The notes beneath the pieces were generated by a model. That model had not been told where the DNA came from, did no database searches, and was given only the letters and a program-made list of their open reading frames with translations. The position numbers and the translations under genes are program-made. 64,000 bases of DNA from Piromyces finnis finn (taxonomy: Eukaryota; Fungi; Neocallimastigomycota). Positions 14,492 to 27,226 of the stretch are shown here, in pieces (the first letter of the stretch is position 1; every line of letters begins with the position of its first letter). The stretch spans positions 186,001-250,000 of the forward strand of contig MCFH01000025.1 of NCBI GenBank assembly GCA_002104945.1, written 5' to 3'.

Positions 14492-16093
14492 ATGACAAAT
14501 AAATTATATACTGAAGATTTTATAGATAAAAACGGATGTCGTTGGAATCTAAACGTATACAATTGTAAGGATGAAGACTATTATCGTGCTATTTATTATA
14601 ATAAACTAGTGATATCCGTTTGCGTATCTCTCCTTGATTCCATATTGATTATTTATAGAGTGGGGATAAAACGAAGAAATATAATAACGCTATATGGTAT
14701 AGCTTCAATAGATGGATTATTAGTATTTGTTGGATTATTTGCTTATGGTATTTTTTTTTTTTTTTCTTTTCCAAAATATATTTTTAATTTTTTTTTAAAA
14801 AAAATAATAGTAGGAAATAAAAATGTAATTAATCAAATATATATATTTATATATATTATTTTATAATTATTTTTTAATAATTAAAAAAAAAAAAAAAAAA
14901 GCAATGATATATCATGCTATTAGTATTTTAAAAGCAGAAGAAGTAGGTAATTATGTACTACAAGAATTTAGTTTCTATATGCAATACATTTTTGTATTAA
15001 TTGCAATTCAAATTTATTTAACTGGAACGTAAGTATTTTTAATATTTTAATTTTTAATATATATGTACATTAATACTTTTGTTATAATTAACGCATTTTT
15101 TGTAATTTCTACCCTTTTTTTTTTTATCCCTATTAAGATTAAATGCATCACCAAGATACAAAAGTTCTGCTTTTTATTATCCAAGGCCTAGAGTTGCCAA
15201 TACTATTTCATTTATATTTATGATCATTTGGGTCAGTATAGAAATTGTTGGTATTTTTAAAATTGGTAGTATAAGAAATTTCCCATACATTAGTTATGAA
15301 AAGAGTATATATCAATTTGACGAAGCTTTAAAAAATAGTCAATATAAATTATGGGTAAAAATTACCTATGTTACGTTTGGTGTTGCTTCCGTTATTACTT
15401 GTATACTTTTCATTTTATTTGGTGTTAATTTACATAAAACAGCAAAACGTTCTTTGGAAGAGATGTATCGTACTAAAAAAATAAAATCTAATGTAGTTGT
15501 TCCTATTAGAATTGCACTTTATAAGGTAAAATTAATAAAATATATGTTTTCATTCTTTCTTTTCTATTAATATACCCATTAAATATTAATTTTTATATAT
15601 TTAATAATAGATGGAATGGATTAACGGTGCTTGTTATGTCTTTATGTTTGTTTTTGGTGTACTTTTTATCATAATGGGTTTCTTTGAAAATCTTGTCTAT
15701 TCTTATGAAAGAACCGTATTCCCAAAAATATTTTGTGTTGCATTAAATATCATACCACCAGCTATCATCTTTATGACTTTACTTAGTATTGTTTATGGGT
15801 AAATATTTACAAAATCGTTCAATTATTATAGAAATAATATATATACACATAAATATTATATATACATATATATATATTCTAATGACTAATAATATCTATT
15901 AATAATACTAATAATAATGATAATTCCTTCATTTCTATTGGTGTTTCCTTTATTTTACAAAATATTATTATTATTAAATAATAAAAGTGAGGCTCGTTCT
16001 GATATTATTTCTATTTTCCCATCGACTCATTGTGAAGATGATGATTATCAAATGAATTATACCAAACAATCTAATGAAGGTGAAAAAATTTAG
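14492..16093 (+). CDS. Seven-transmembrane, GPCR-like protein; 5 exons
   Basis: Four in-phase GT-AG introns join hydrophobic exons. N-terminal CRWNLNVYNC precedes about 7 hydrophobic segments, the last being ALNIIPPAIIFMTLLSIVY, then a short acidic tail ending at TAG 16091-16093. Confidence 0.7.
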
Positions 16094-17311
16094 ATAACAC
16101 TCATAATAATAATATATTAATAAAATGTGTATTATGACTAAAGAAATATTTAATGATAAACATTTAAAAAAGTAAACTAAAAATACAAATGCTTTTTAAT
16201 GAAATAAGAAATATATATAATAGCATTACTAAATAAGATAAATAAAAGTAAAAAAAAGAAAAAAAAATAAAAAACAAAAAGAAATGGATGCTTTATAATA
16301 ATAACCATGATTAAAAATATTTAAAAGTACATATTAAGGTTAGTACTGATAATGGGTAAAAGTATTCTAACAATTATTTATTAAACTCTATAATTATTTA
16401 TTCATTGATAAATATTATAATATTTATTTATTTATTTATTTTTTTAATTTATTTTTGTTTTCTTTTTTTTATTTATTTATTTATCATTGTTGTTATTTTC
16501 CGTGTAACACAATATTAACCAATACATTTAATTTATTTTTTGTCATCAAAAAAAAAATGAAACAATATATAATGATATATATTTTACAATTTATTTAAAT
16601 TAATCCACTTCATTTTAAATTCAGTTATTTAATTAATTTTTAGTATAAATTATTATATGACAAAATATATAAAGTTTTTCTTTAATTAAAAATTTAATAA
16701 TGAATTTAATTTTATAAAAAAAAATTTGTCAAGTTTTAAAATAACAGATCAAAAGAAAAAGTTTTTTTTTTTAAAGCTTTTTGTAAGAAAAAATGTATTC
16801 TTTTATAAGTTATTTTTTTTATTTTTATATTATACCATTCAGTTATTATATTATTGTAGTAGTAATAATAGTAATAATTCAATCACCTATTTAAATGAAA
16901 AAAAAAATGGTGTTAATACATTCAATGTCAACTATACTATTTTTTATACTCATTTCTATTTGCTATTATTAAATAAAATTTCTTTTAAATTTATAAAAAA
17001 TGAAAATGAAAATTGTGGAAATGTAGTAGTTGATATTATATTGAATTTTGAACTTTAATTAGGGTATTATAAAGTTTCTTAAAAAAAAATCCACAATAAA
17101 AGTATTTTAAAAATTCAAACATTTATATATTTTAATTATTATAAAATAGAAAATATTTTTAAAATATATTTTTATTTATAATATTATTTGTTTGATTCTG
17201 TCAGTTTTCTTTTTTTTCTTTTTTTTTTTATTCTTCTCAGAATATTCATTTCCATATTATATATTCTACCTTTTTTTTTTTTACTTTTCTTTCACCTCTA
17301 CAAATTATTAA

Positions 17312-17349
<38 letters not shown>

Positions 17350-18352
17350 TCAATTTTTAATTAATAAATGACAAATGAAATTTTTTATATATAAAAATAT
17401 TTTATATATTATTTTATATGGTAAAATAAAAAAAAATTTTTTTTTCTTTTTTTTTTTTTAATACTAGAACTTATCATAGAATTATAATAAAAAATAATAA
17501 TAAATAATAATAATTACTTGTAATTATTATTATTATTTTTAAATACTTTTGTATATCAAAGTTTTTTTTTTATTTCTTATTTTTTTTATTATTTCCTTTA
17601 TCTTTTTTTTTTTTTTATATATATTGTATTATTTCAATATATCTATTTTAATTTTTCATGTTAAATGAGTTTAACTATTGAAATTAAACTTTCTTAAAAA
17701 GACGATAATTAATAAATCAGGGGTAAAAAAAAAAAAAAGAAAGAAAAGGATTTTTAATTGAAAAAGAATTAAGAATTAATTTAAAAAAAAAAGGTACAAA
17801 ATTATATTAACATTTACTTTATTTTTAAAATAATAACAATAAATGTTTGTTTATTATTTTATACTTTATACAACTAATTTATATTATATTTTTTTTTATA
17901 TATAATAATGCTTTTGAAATTTTTTCAATTTTAAAAATTAAAAAATAAATAAATAAATAAATAATATAATTAGTTATATATATAGTTACGCATTTCCATT
18001 TCTTTTATTTTATACAGTTCTTTATTTTATTATTATTATTTTTTTTTATTTAGATACTTTGGATTTCATATCAATACCAAACAAACAAACAAAAAAAAAG
18101 TAATATAAATAAAAAAAAAAAAAAATAAAGAAAAATTTTGAAAAACAAAAACAAAACTGTCTTATTGAAAAATTTGCATATTAACCGAAAATTTATATTA
18201 AAAAAAGAAAAAGTAAGAAATTAAACAATCTATATCCTTATCATTTACTATATATATATAAAAAAAATAATAATAAATCTTTTTTTTTAAATAAAAATTA
18301 AAATTGATAAAAAAATTTTTTTAGATTTTTTATGAAAAATTAAATCTCAAAA

Positions 18353-21300
18353 ATGGAGGAAATTATAGAGAAATTTTTGAATAGCGTTAATAACAATGGT
18401 AAAAATCAATATAATGTCATTTTTCAATCAATCATATATTATACTGGTTATAAATTACAATTCATAATTTTAAAACTTCAAAATTTAACATGTCCAATTT
18501 TTATTATTATAGTCACATTTGACATGAAAGTTAAAGCTATTCAAGATCTTGATGCAAATATATTTAATTCTACATATTTAAAAAATGTAAATATTATTTA
18601 ATTTCTCAATTGCATATTATTTAAATATTTTTTTAAAACTTTCGATTTACCTAAAATTTAATATTTTTTATAGATGCAACTTTTTGAAAGAATAATAGAA
18701 GTTACCGCTAAATACCTTAAAAGTACTCAATATAAAACAACATATGAAATTTTAATATTCCTATCCCATATGAATCAATATCTTAGTCAAAAAGATAATA
18801 TGGCAATATATTTCCGTATTTATATACCATATCTCTATGGAATTGCATTGGAACGTTTAGGAGATTCGAAAGAAAAGATTCGTGAATTGACAGCTGTATA
18901 TATTTTAGAAGTAATGCAACTTGCATCATATTTTCCTCGTGAAAAATTTAACCTTGTTATCGAAAAAGAATTTAGAACAGCAATAGCAACTACTAAATTT
19001 TTCAGAGTAAAGGAACAAGTAAGTTTAAAAAAAATACTTTATTGTTTCATTATTTTGAGAGTGTTTTATATATATATGTCTTTTATAGTGTTATATATTA
19101 TATATATATTAATAATATTATTTTATATAAAATATTTTATTTGTTATTATCATACAAAAATATTTATAATTTAACATAATTAAAAGTTAATAATGCTTGT
19201 GACTGAATCATATAAAACCATTCAAAGTTTTAAACAACAAATTCAATACTATATTCCAAATATTGTTCAGTCTCTTGAAGATTCAAATGAAGTTGTTCGT
19301 TCATCCTCAAAAGAATCAATCATTGATATTATAAGATATTCACAAAATCATCCTGAAGTAATACGTCAAATTAAGAGAGAATTAGTTAAAAATAAAGTAA
19401 GACAAGCCATTATAGATTCCATTTTCAGTCAAGTTACTGTTCTAGAAGATGATTCAAAGGTATAATTATTAATATAAATAAAATCAAAATAAGCGTGTCT
19501 ATGAGTCAATAATTAATATATTTTATATTAATAAAATAATATAATACTTACATTTTAAATATTATCAATATTTTATTCTATATTTTTTATTCTATATATT
19601 TTATTCTATATTTTTTATTCTATATATTTTATTCTATAAATTTTATTCCATTAAATTTAAATTTTCATACTCTTTTTGTTTTTAATAAAAAAGATGGATT
19701 CACCTGTATCAAAAACACGATTAATAAACTCAAATCCACAATCAAATACTTCTTCACCACAGCTATCAACTACAGCAAGTTCAAGTTCATTTGAAAATAT
19801 TAAAGGTTTGGGTATAAAAACTCCACCACCTAATTATCCTCCTCCTCCACCACCACATCAAAAAGTTTCATCATCATCATCTGTTCCAGCTACTTCTAAT
19901 AATTCAGCTTCTTCTTCACCAATTAATGTTACTGTATTTAAATTCCCAGGAAAGAGAACAGTCAGTCAGGATATTAGTCCGATTGTTATTAATTCTGAAA
20001 AGGAATTTGAAACTAATTTACGTAATATGCTACCAACATTTATGGAAAAAGAATCTGAAAATAATTGGGAGAAACGTGAACGCTTTATGAAACAAATCCG
20101 TGGTATGATTCGTGGAGGTGCTGCTGAATATGATGGAAATTGCCGTTACATTAAAATTATGCTGGAACATATTCTTAAAACTGTAAGTATAATAGAACTA
20201 ATGAATAATAATAATAATAATAAGGATAGTTAAAAAAAATAGATTAAAATAGAATTAAAAAATAAAGTATGATAAAAAAATATTGAAAGATATACAGTTA
20301 AAAAAAAAGAAAAAGAATTATTCATTAATATATAATTATATCTGTCTATTTATACATTTATCTACCTCTCTTTTTCTAATAAACAAAAATTATTTTTTAT
20401 AAAAATAATAATATAAAAATGACAATAATAAACATTAAAATAATATAAAAAACCAATAATGGCAACAATTCCAAAACTTTTAAAAATAACAAAATCTATA
20501 TTTATTTTTATCAAATATTGTTATATATATATGGATTTAAATCATAGACCCATAGCTTAAGAACAACACTAGCTATTACTACTATAGGTACAATTATTGA
20601 AATAGCAGAAAATTATCAATCTCAAATGGATCCAATAGCAGAAGCTGTTGTTACCAATTTATTAGATTTAACTTCACAAACAAAGAAATTAATAGCATCA
20701 AGTGCAACTCAAGCTATATATATTATCCTAAGAAATATATCGTATAACCAAAAAATTTTAAATTTAATTGCAAATGGTTTATCAGATAAAAATGCAAATA
20801 CTCGTAGTAGTGCTTGTTTAGCATTAGGTGTTATGTTTGAAGAAATGGCTAAAAGTGAAAACTCAAAATCATTTTTAGTTCGTTCTGGTGGTCTTGATAT
20901 TATCGAAAAATGTATTAAAAAAGGATTACAGGATGCTAATCCTTCTGTTCGTGAAACAACTCGTACAATTTATTCTGTATTAAATGAACATTGGAATGAT
21001 CGTTCAAATGCACTTATGAATACATTAGATATTACAACACGAAAAGCCCTTATGAGAACTTTAAATACTCATAGTGGCACTAATACTGCTACTTCTTCAC
21101 CAAAACTTGTTCGTAGAAGTAAAATACCTAATTCTCCAGCACTTGGTGAACCTTTACAAGCTAAACGACAAGACTCACGTCCTTCCACCCCAGCATTTTC
21201 AAGAGGAAAGAGTCAATCTACTTTAAATTCCCCAAAACTTACTTCAACCTCCTCACTTTTAAGCGAAAGTCAACAACATGCTCGTCCTTTATCTATGTCT

Positions 21301-23935
21301 CCTCAAAGATATCAAACTTCTCCAAATGTCAATCGTAAATCGTCAACTGGTTTAGGAAGCAATTCCTCTTCACCACGCAGTTCTATGTCTCCATTATCAT
21401 CTTTTTCTAGTGTTAACAGTCACTCCATGAAATCCGGTATAAAAATCGAAAATTCAAGTCTTCTTCAATCCATGAATAAAGCATTGAATAGTAATAACAA
21501 TGGTAGTATTGATATTATTAAACCAAAACCATTATATTCATCACCAAAGATTTCCAATAATAATATCAACAAGGATAATTATCAAAATATTTCATCCTCT
21601 TCAAGCATCATATCCTCTTCTCAACCTTCCATGTCTCCAATTCAAAAACAAGAACAATTAAAACGAGAACAATTGAAACAACAAAAATTACAGGAATTAC
21701 AACAAATGCAACAAATGAAGCAAATGCAAAGACCTAGACAACCTTCATCAAGCGGTAGCACACCTAATTCTGAAAAGAGTGAATCTGAAATCCTTTCCCC
21801 AATTTGTATTCAAATATTGGAAAAGCTTAAGGATAAAGAATGGAAGAATAGAGTTGAAGGTTTAGAAGATTTATTAAGTTATATTACCTCTCCAAGCTAC
21901 GAACAAAGTGAAAAGCTTACTAAAACATATTTATCTCTATTCCGTGATCCATCCCCTTATATACTTAATACCATTTTTAAACCTGAAATGCTTCAGGCTG
22001 TTGTAGAGAGCCGTTTTGTAAGTCTAGATAAGCTAATTCCAAAAATTTATTCAGTGATTGAACCACCAGATGAAAAAACTGGTGAATTTGATGATCTTAG
22101 TAAAACAGCTTATGACGCCATAGTATGGTTAAAGAAAAAGATTCGTAAAGAAGTAATATTAGATTCATTATTTATATGCCTTGAAAATAAATTAAATAAC
22201 CAATTTATGAGTGAAACGGTATTTGAAGGTGTTCTTTCTTGGCTTGTTGAAATTATAGATCGTACTCCAAGAATACGTAGTGATATTGAGCGTTATTTCA
22301 ACCAAAATAATAATTACAATGTAGCCTTGGAAGAATTATTAGAATTATTAGTGAGAAGTGAGGATAACAATTCTATTAATAATGTATATATCATTAAATT
22401 AATTGAATCTCTTCAAGAATTGAATCCAACATCTTATGATGATGTCATGTCGGAATATGCTGAAAATATTCAATTCATTATCTTAAAACGTATTCATAAT
22501 AATGATTATGATTTAAGTGATATTGAACGTGAATTTATTGAAAAGGAGCTTTCACAAAAGCCAACAAATAAGTTTCGTGAATCCCATCTTTTTGACTCAA
22601 GCTTTTCATTAGACGATCCAAAATCAAATCTTCTTACTGAAGAAACTGTTCCAGAGGGGTTTTCTGACTTAACCATCAGTAGAAATACATCCATTCCAAT
22701 AGGAATTGGAAATACTGAAGATAATTATTCTGAAAATTTATCCATTATTAATGAACTTGTTTCTAAAACTTGGAATAGCCAGCCTGAAGGTAATGACACT
22801 ACCATAAAAGATAAGTCTGAAAATTCAGATACACAATCCACTCCAAAATTATCCTATAAGAAGCCAGATATGGAAGAAGATATCATACAAATTAGTAGTC
22901 CAATAGAAGTTACTAATATTGATACAATAGATGAAGTAACAAATAAAGAAGATTCCACAATATTGGATAATTATGGTGAAACTATTGAAGATGATCGCAT
23001 TCATAGTTTAAATAAACAATTCAAAATATTAATTGATATCATACAAGAAAGTAATGAAATAGACCATGATATCTTGGATATTAAAGTCTTCCGTCGTCTT
23101 ATAAGATACTCTCGTGAATACCCATTAAAGAAGGATATGACAAAGATTCAAGGAAAATCAAATATTGCACAAAATCTTTGGGGTCATTGGTTTAAACAAC
23201 TCTATTACCATTTATACCAATATGTTGATAATGAGTCTAATGTTAAGGTAAAAAAAAAAAAAAATGTTATAAAACCTATAAATGATATTTTAAATATTTA
23301 TTTATTAAATTTTAATTTTAATTTTTTATTTTTATATTATTTTTTTCCCCAAATTTTAGAATATTGAAAATTATGAAAATTGTATTCTTTTAATTAAGCA
23401 TTTGATTATAAATCAAACTAGCAATTTTGATAATTATGAAAAGGATACAATGCAAATTTTAATAAAATGTAGAAGTCTTAATATTGATGAAGTTTGTAGT
23501 GCATCAGAAGATACAATTGAAGCACTTTGTGAGGAATTAAATTCAGAAAAAAGTATTGAAGCATGTATAGAACTTTTTGGTGATGAAGACTTTATTGCTG
23601 AATCACCACTTTCAAGTGAATTTGAAGAATATCGTCCAAGTTATATGGGAACCTTGTATATGATCCTTTCAAAGATTATACAATATGTTAATATACATTA
23701 TATAAATATGCATTTGAATTCTTTAATGAACGTTATAACTAAAGGAATGAATCATTCAGAAGTAGAAATACGAAAGGCTGCCCTCGATAGTCTTGTTGCC
23801 ATATATTTTGTTTATAATGAAAATAATAAAGATAAAACTGAAACTGGTGAACAATTCCTAAATACAATTTCTAAATATCTTAATCTTCCACAAAAACGTA
23901 TACTTGAAATATATATCCAAAAATTCCAATATTAA
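18353..23935 (+). CDS. STU1: CLASP/Stu1 microtubule-associated TOG/HEAT protein; multi-exon
   Basis: ERLGDSKEKIRE, LEDSNEVVRSSSKE, ESENNWEKRE...IRG, SLRTTLAIT, GLQDANPSVRETTR (CLASP_N HEAT repeats), a Ser/Arg/Pro-rich linker and C-terminal HSEVEIRKAALDSLV...LPQKRILEIYIQK. Introns join in phase. Confidence 0.9.
19569..19652. repeat. Intronic minisatellite, about 6 copies of a ~14-bp TTTTATTCTATA unit
   Basis: Direct reading of the sequence in a CLASP intron. Confidence 0.8.
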
Positions 23936-24424
23936 TAAAAGTAAATATTTAAAATACCTATTCATTACTACCTCTACGTTTTTTTTAAAAAAAAAAAAAA
24001 AGAAAAGAATTTTTATTTTAATGAAATCTTCTATCAACATTAAAACAATAAATTTACAGAACTTATTTCAGCAAATAATATTTATTAAAGCATCAAGAAT
24101 AAATTAAAAAAAAAAAAAAAATAAAGAAAAAGAAAGAAAGTAAAAAAAAAAAAAAAAAAAAACCCATAAATTAATTACAACTGACATTTACATACACACA
24201 AAACAAATACATTCATTTTTTAAAGAGTGCTAAATAAATAAAGGATGCAAAGTAAATGATACCAGTAATTAAGATTAAAATACAATAGAAAAAGACTAAT
24301 CACAATTTTTTTATTTAGAAAAAAAAATCTGTTATTATAATCTTTAAAAAAAAACAATAATTTAGAAAAAATAAAAGTAGAAAGAATGAACCTTTACAAA
24401 AATAAAAAGTAAAATTAGAAAGAT

Positions 24425-24495
24425 AATTAAAAAAAAAAAAATTTACAAAACACAAAACAAAATTAAAAAAAAAAAAATTTACAAAACACAAAACA

Positions 24496-24500
<5 letters not shown>
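24425..24500. repeat. 36-bp tandem duplication (AATT-A13-TTTACAAAACACAAAACAA) x2
   Basis: Two adjacent near-identical copies downstream of CLASP. Confidence 0.8.
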
Positions 24501-24532
<32 letters not shown>

Positions 24533-25563
24533 AAAAGAAAAAGAAATTTTAGAATTATTAATAATAGTATTGATATATTAAAACAATATTATCATAGAAA
24601 ATGAAGTCCGTCAATAATATTTAATTATAAAGATCTATTATACATATATATATTATAATACACTTTTTCATTATACATTTTAATATTTATCTCAATTTTT
24701 AAAAAACAAAAATGTATAATTTTAGAAATTAGTATCTTATATGAGCTTTTGATTATTCATTTTTTTTTTTTTAATTTCATATATATATAATTTTTTTTTT
24801 CTTCTCATGTTTTAAGAATGTATAAAAATTAATAAAAATTATTATTATTAATTTTTCTTTTTTTTTTTTAACAATAATAAAAATAATAAAATAAAAATAA
24901 AAAAATAAAAAAAAAAAAAGACACCTTTTTTTTTTTTTTTTTTTTAGAGTATACTTTTTATTAAAAGATTATTAAAAGTTCAATCTTTTTTAAACAAAAA
25001 TAATAAAAAGTTTGGTAAATTTATACTTTTATTATAATAAATTATTTCTAATATGAAGAAGAAGCAAAAGTAAATTCATTCTATGAATTAAAACTATAGA
25101 GGTTAACACAAATGAATTAATGACCCAAACAATTATTTCTATTAAAAAGAGTGAACTATAAAGAATAGAATTTTATTTTGAAACTTAGACTCTTATTGTT
25201 ATAAAACAAAATATTAAAATTTTAATACATTTGAAATACTATTCCTTTATATTATTATTTTTTTTAATAGATACTATTATTTATTTATTTATTTATTGAT
25301 ATTGTCTATTAATAAAAGTATAAATGGGATTGATTTTAACACTTATAATGTTAAACAAATTCTTGTTATTATATATATACGATACATTTAAATAAATTAG
25401 ATTTTAATGAAGGAAAAAAAAAAAAAAGACCAAATAATGTATTTAATAATTATTAATTCTGTAGAAGTAGTATAACTGAATATTTGTTTTATGTAATTGG
25501 ATATTATATTGAAATTATTTATAACACTATTGTTCATTTCAAAAAAAAAAAAAAAATTTTTTT

Positions 25564-26658
25564 TTAAACAAATCTGAAACAATCATGAGCAACATAATAA
25601 TTTCCTTGTTTTTCCATATCTGGCATCAAAATGAAATTTTGGTGAAATTGTTTTGTGGAATGATCGCTATAACTTACTTCACCTAAATATTTAATATAAA
25701 ATGAAATAAAATGAAGTGAAATTAAATAATAAAAGTTTAATAACAGTCATAAAAAAAAAAATTCTATTAATTATAGTGGAAATTTAATTGAAATAAAATA
25801 TATATTCAGAATTACCATTAACATTAACCATAATACTCTTTTCTGAACCTATTACTTGTTGACAATCAAAAGTTTCAACTTTATGTGCTATAATATTCCA
25901 TATTGATAAAAAGTTAATTTTATTATATAAATATAATAATTTGATAATATTTAAAAATTTTCAATTTTTTCTTTTTTACTTTTATTTTATTATTATTTAA
26001 AAAAAATAATAATAATAATGAAATAAAAATAATATTATTTTTATTTATGATTGAAAATTTACTTGATACTGGTAATTTTTGTGTAAATTCTTTATATTTT
26101 GTTATTCCGGAAAATGGATTTCCATTCCATAAAATTGCTGAATTTTCTTTGTAAAATCCATCAATATACTATAAGTTTTTGTATTTATTATATATATGTG
26201 TAAATAATGAAATAACGATATAAAATTGAAGTTAATATATTAAAGAAAAATAAATTTATGATGATTTTGGTTATATATATATATTAAAGAAAGAATAAAT
26301 GTATTTTTTAAATTAATAAATATAATGAATAATTTTTTTTATAATTTCGATATATACTCCTCTATTAGTATCGTATATTTTATAGTATTGTTCAACAAAA
26401 GCAGTAGCCCCGTTGTTAATAACATTTGAATATATTGAAGATTGCTTATATTTAGTTTGAGGGATAAAAAAAAATTATATAATTATAGGTATTATAAAAA
26501 CATTGGTTAATAAATACTCAAAATTTAAAAGGATAATGTATTTGTTACTAATTAATTAAAATAAAACTCATTGGTATAAATATTTAAATAATAATAATAA
26601 TAATAATAATAATTAAAAATTATTTTTTAATTATTTTTTAATATTCCAATTCCAAATA

Positions 26659-26691
<33 letters not shown>

Positions 26692-26765
26692 GGAAATGGA
26701 TATAAACAATTTTATTTTTTCATTTATTTTTTCTTATATAATATTTAATTTCTATATACCTCCAT
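25564..26765 (-). CDS. NXT1: NTF2-related export protein NXT1 (p15); 5 coding exons, mostly absent from the ORF track
   Basis: Spliced product ME|QSSIYSNVINNGATAFVEQYYKIYDTNRG|SIDGFYKENSAILWNGNPFSG...LPVS|.HKVETFDCQQV...IMVNVN|GEVSYSDHSTKQFHQNFILMP...YYVAHDCFRFV*. LWNGN, DCQ, FHQNFIL and DCFRF are NXT1 hallmarks. The first 6-nt exon is less certain. Confidence 0.9.
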
Positions 26766-26864
26766 ATTGACTTTAATGATTCTAAAACAAAAAAATAAAT
26801 AAAATTTTTTTAAATTAAAATTTCAAGATTCAAATTTCAAAATGTCAAGATTGAGATTTCAAAA

Positions 26865-26895
<31 letters not shown>

Positions 26896-27226
26896 TTTTT
26901 TTTATTTATTTATTTATTTAATAAAAATAATTTTAATATCACGTGTAATACTTTAAAATTTTTTGAAAATATAATATAAATATAAAAGTCTTTTGATAGT
27001 ACTTTTTTAAAAATGGAAATAAAAATAAAAATGAAATAAATAAAATCAATATTATTAATTTTAGTTATTTATGGAAATAACTTTTATTTAATTATCTATT
27101 GTATTAATTGATTATTTAATATAAAGTAACATTTCTCTTCCCTTTTTTTTTTTTTTTATAAAAGTATTTTCTATAATATAGTCATTATTGATTCTATATA
27201 TATATTTTTGAAGTATTCATTTAGAT

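Noticed and set aside
16307-16349. Box C-like ATGATTA and box D CTGA pair
   Set aside because: Only 43 nt end to end, imperfect C box, and no recognisable rRNA antisense element.
22506-22694. Antisense ORFs over CLASP, CSN3, Sec16, the orphan genes and the last 7TM (e.g. 33312-33560, 49385-49771, 52824-53597, 62177-62359)
   Set aside because: Shadow frames of real, low-complexity genes on the opposite strand.
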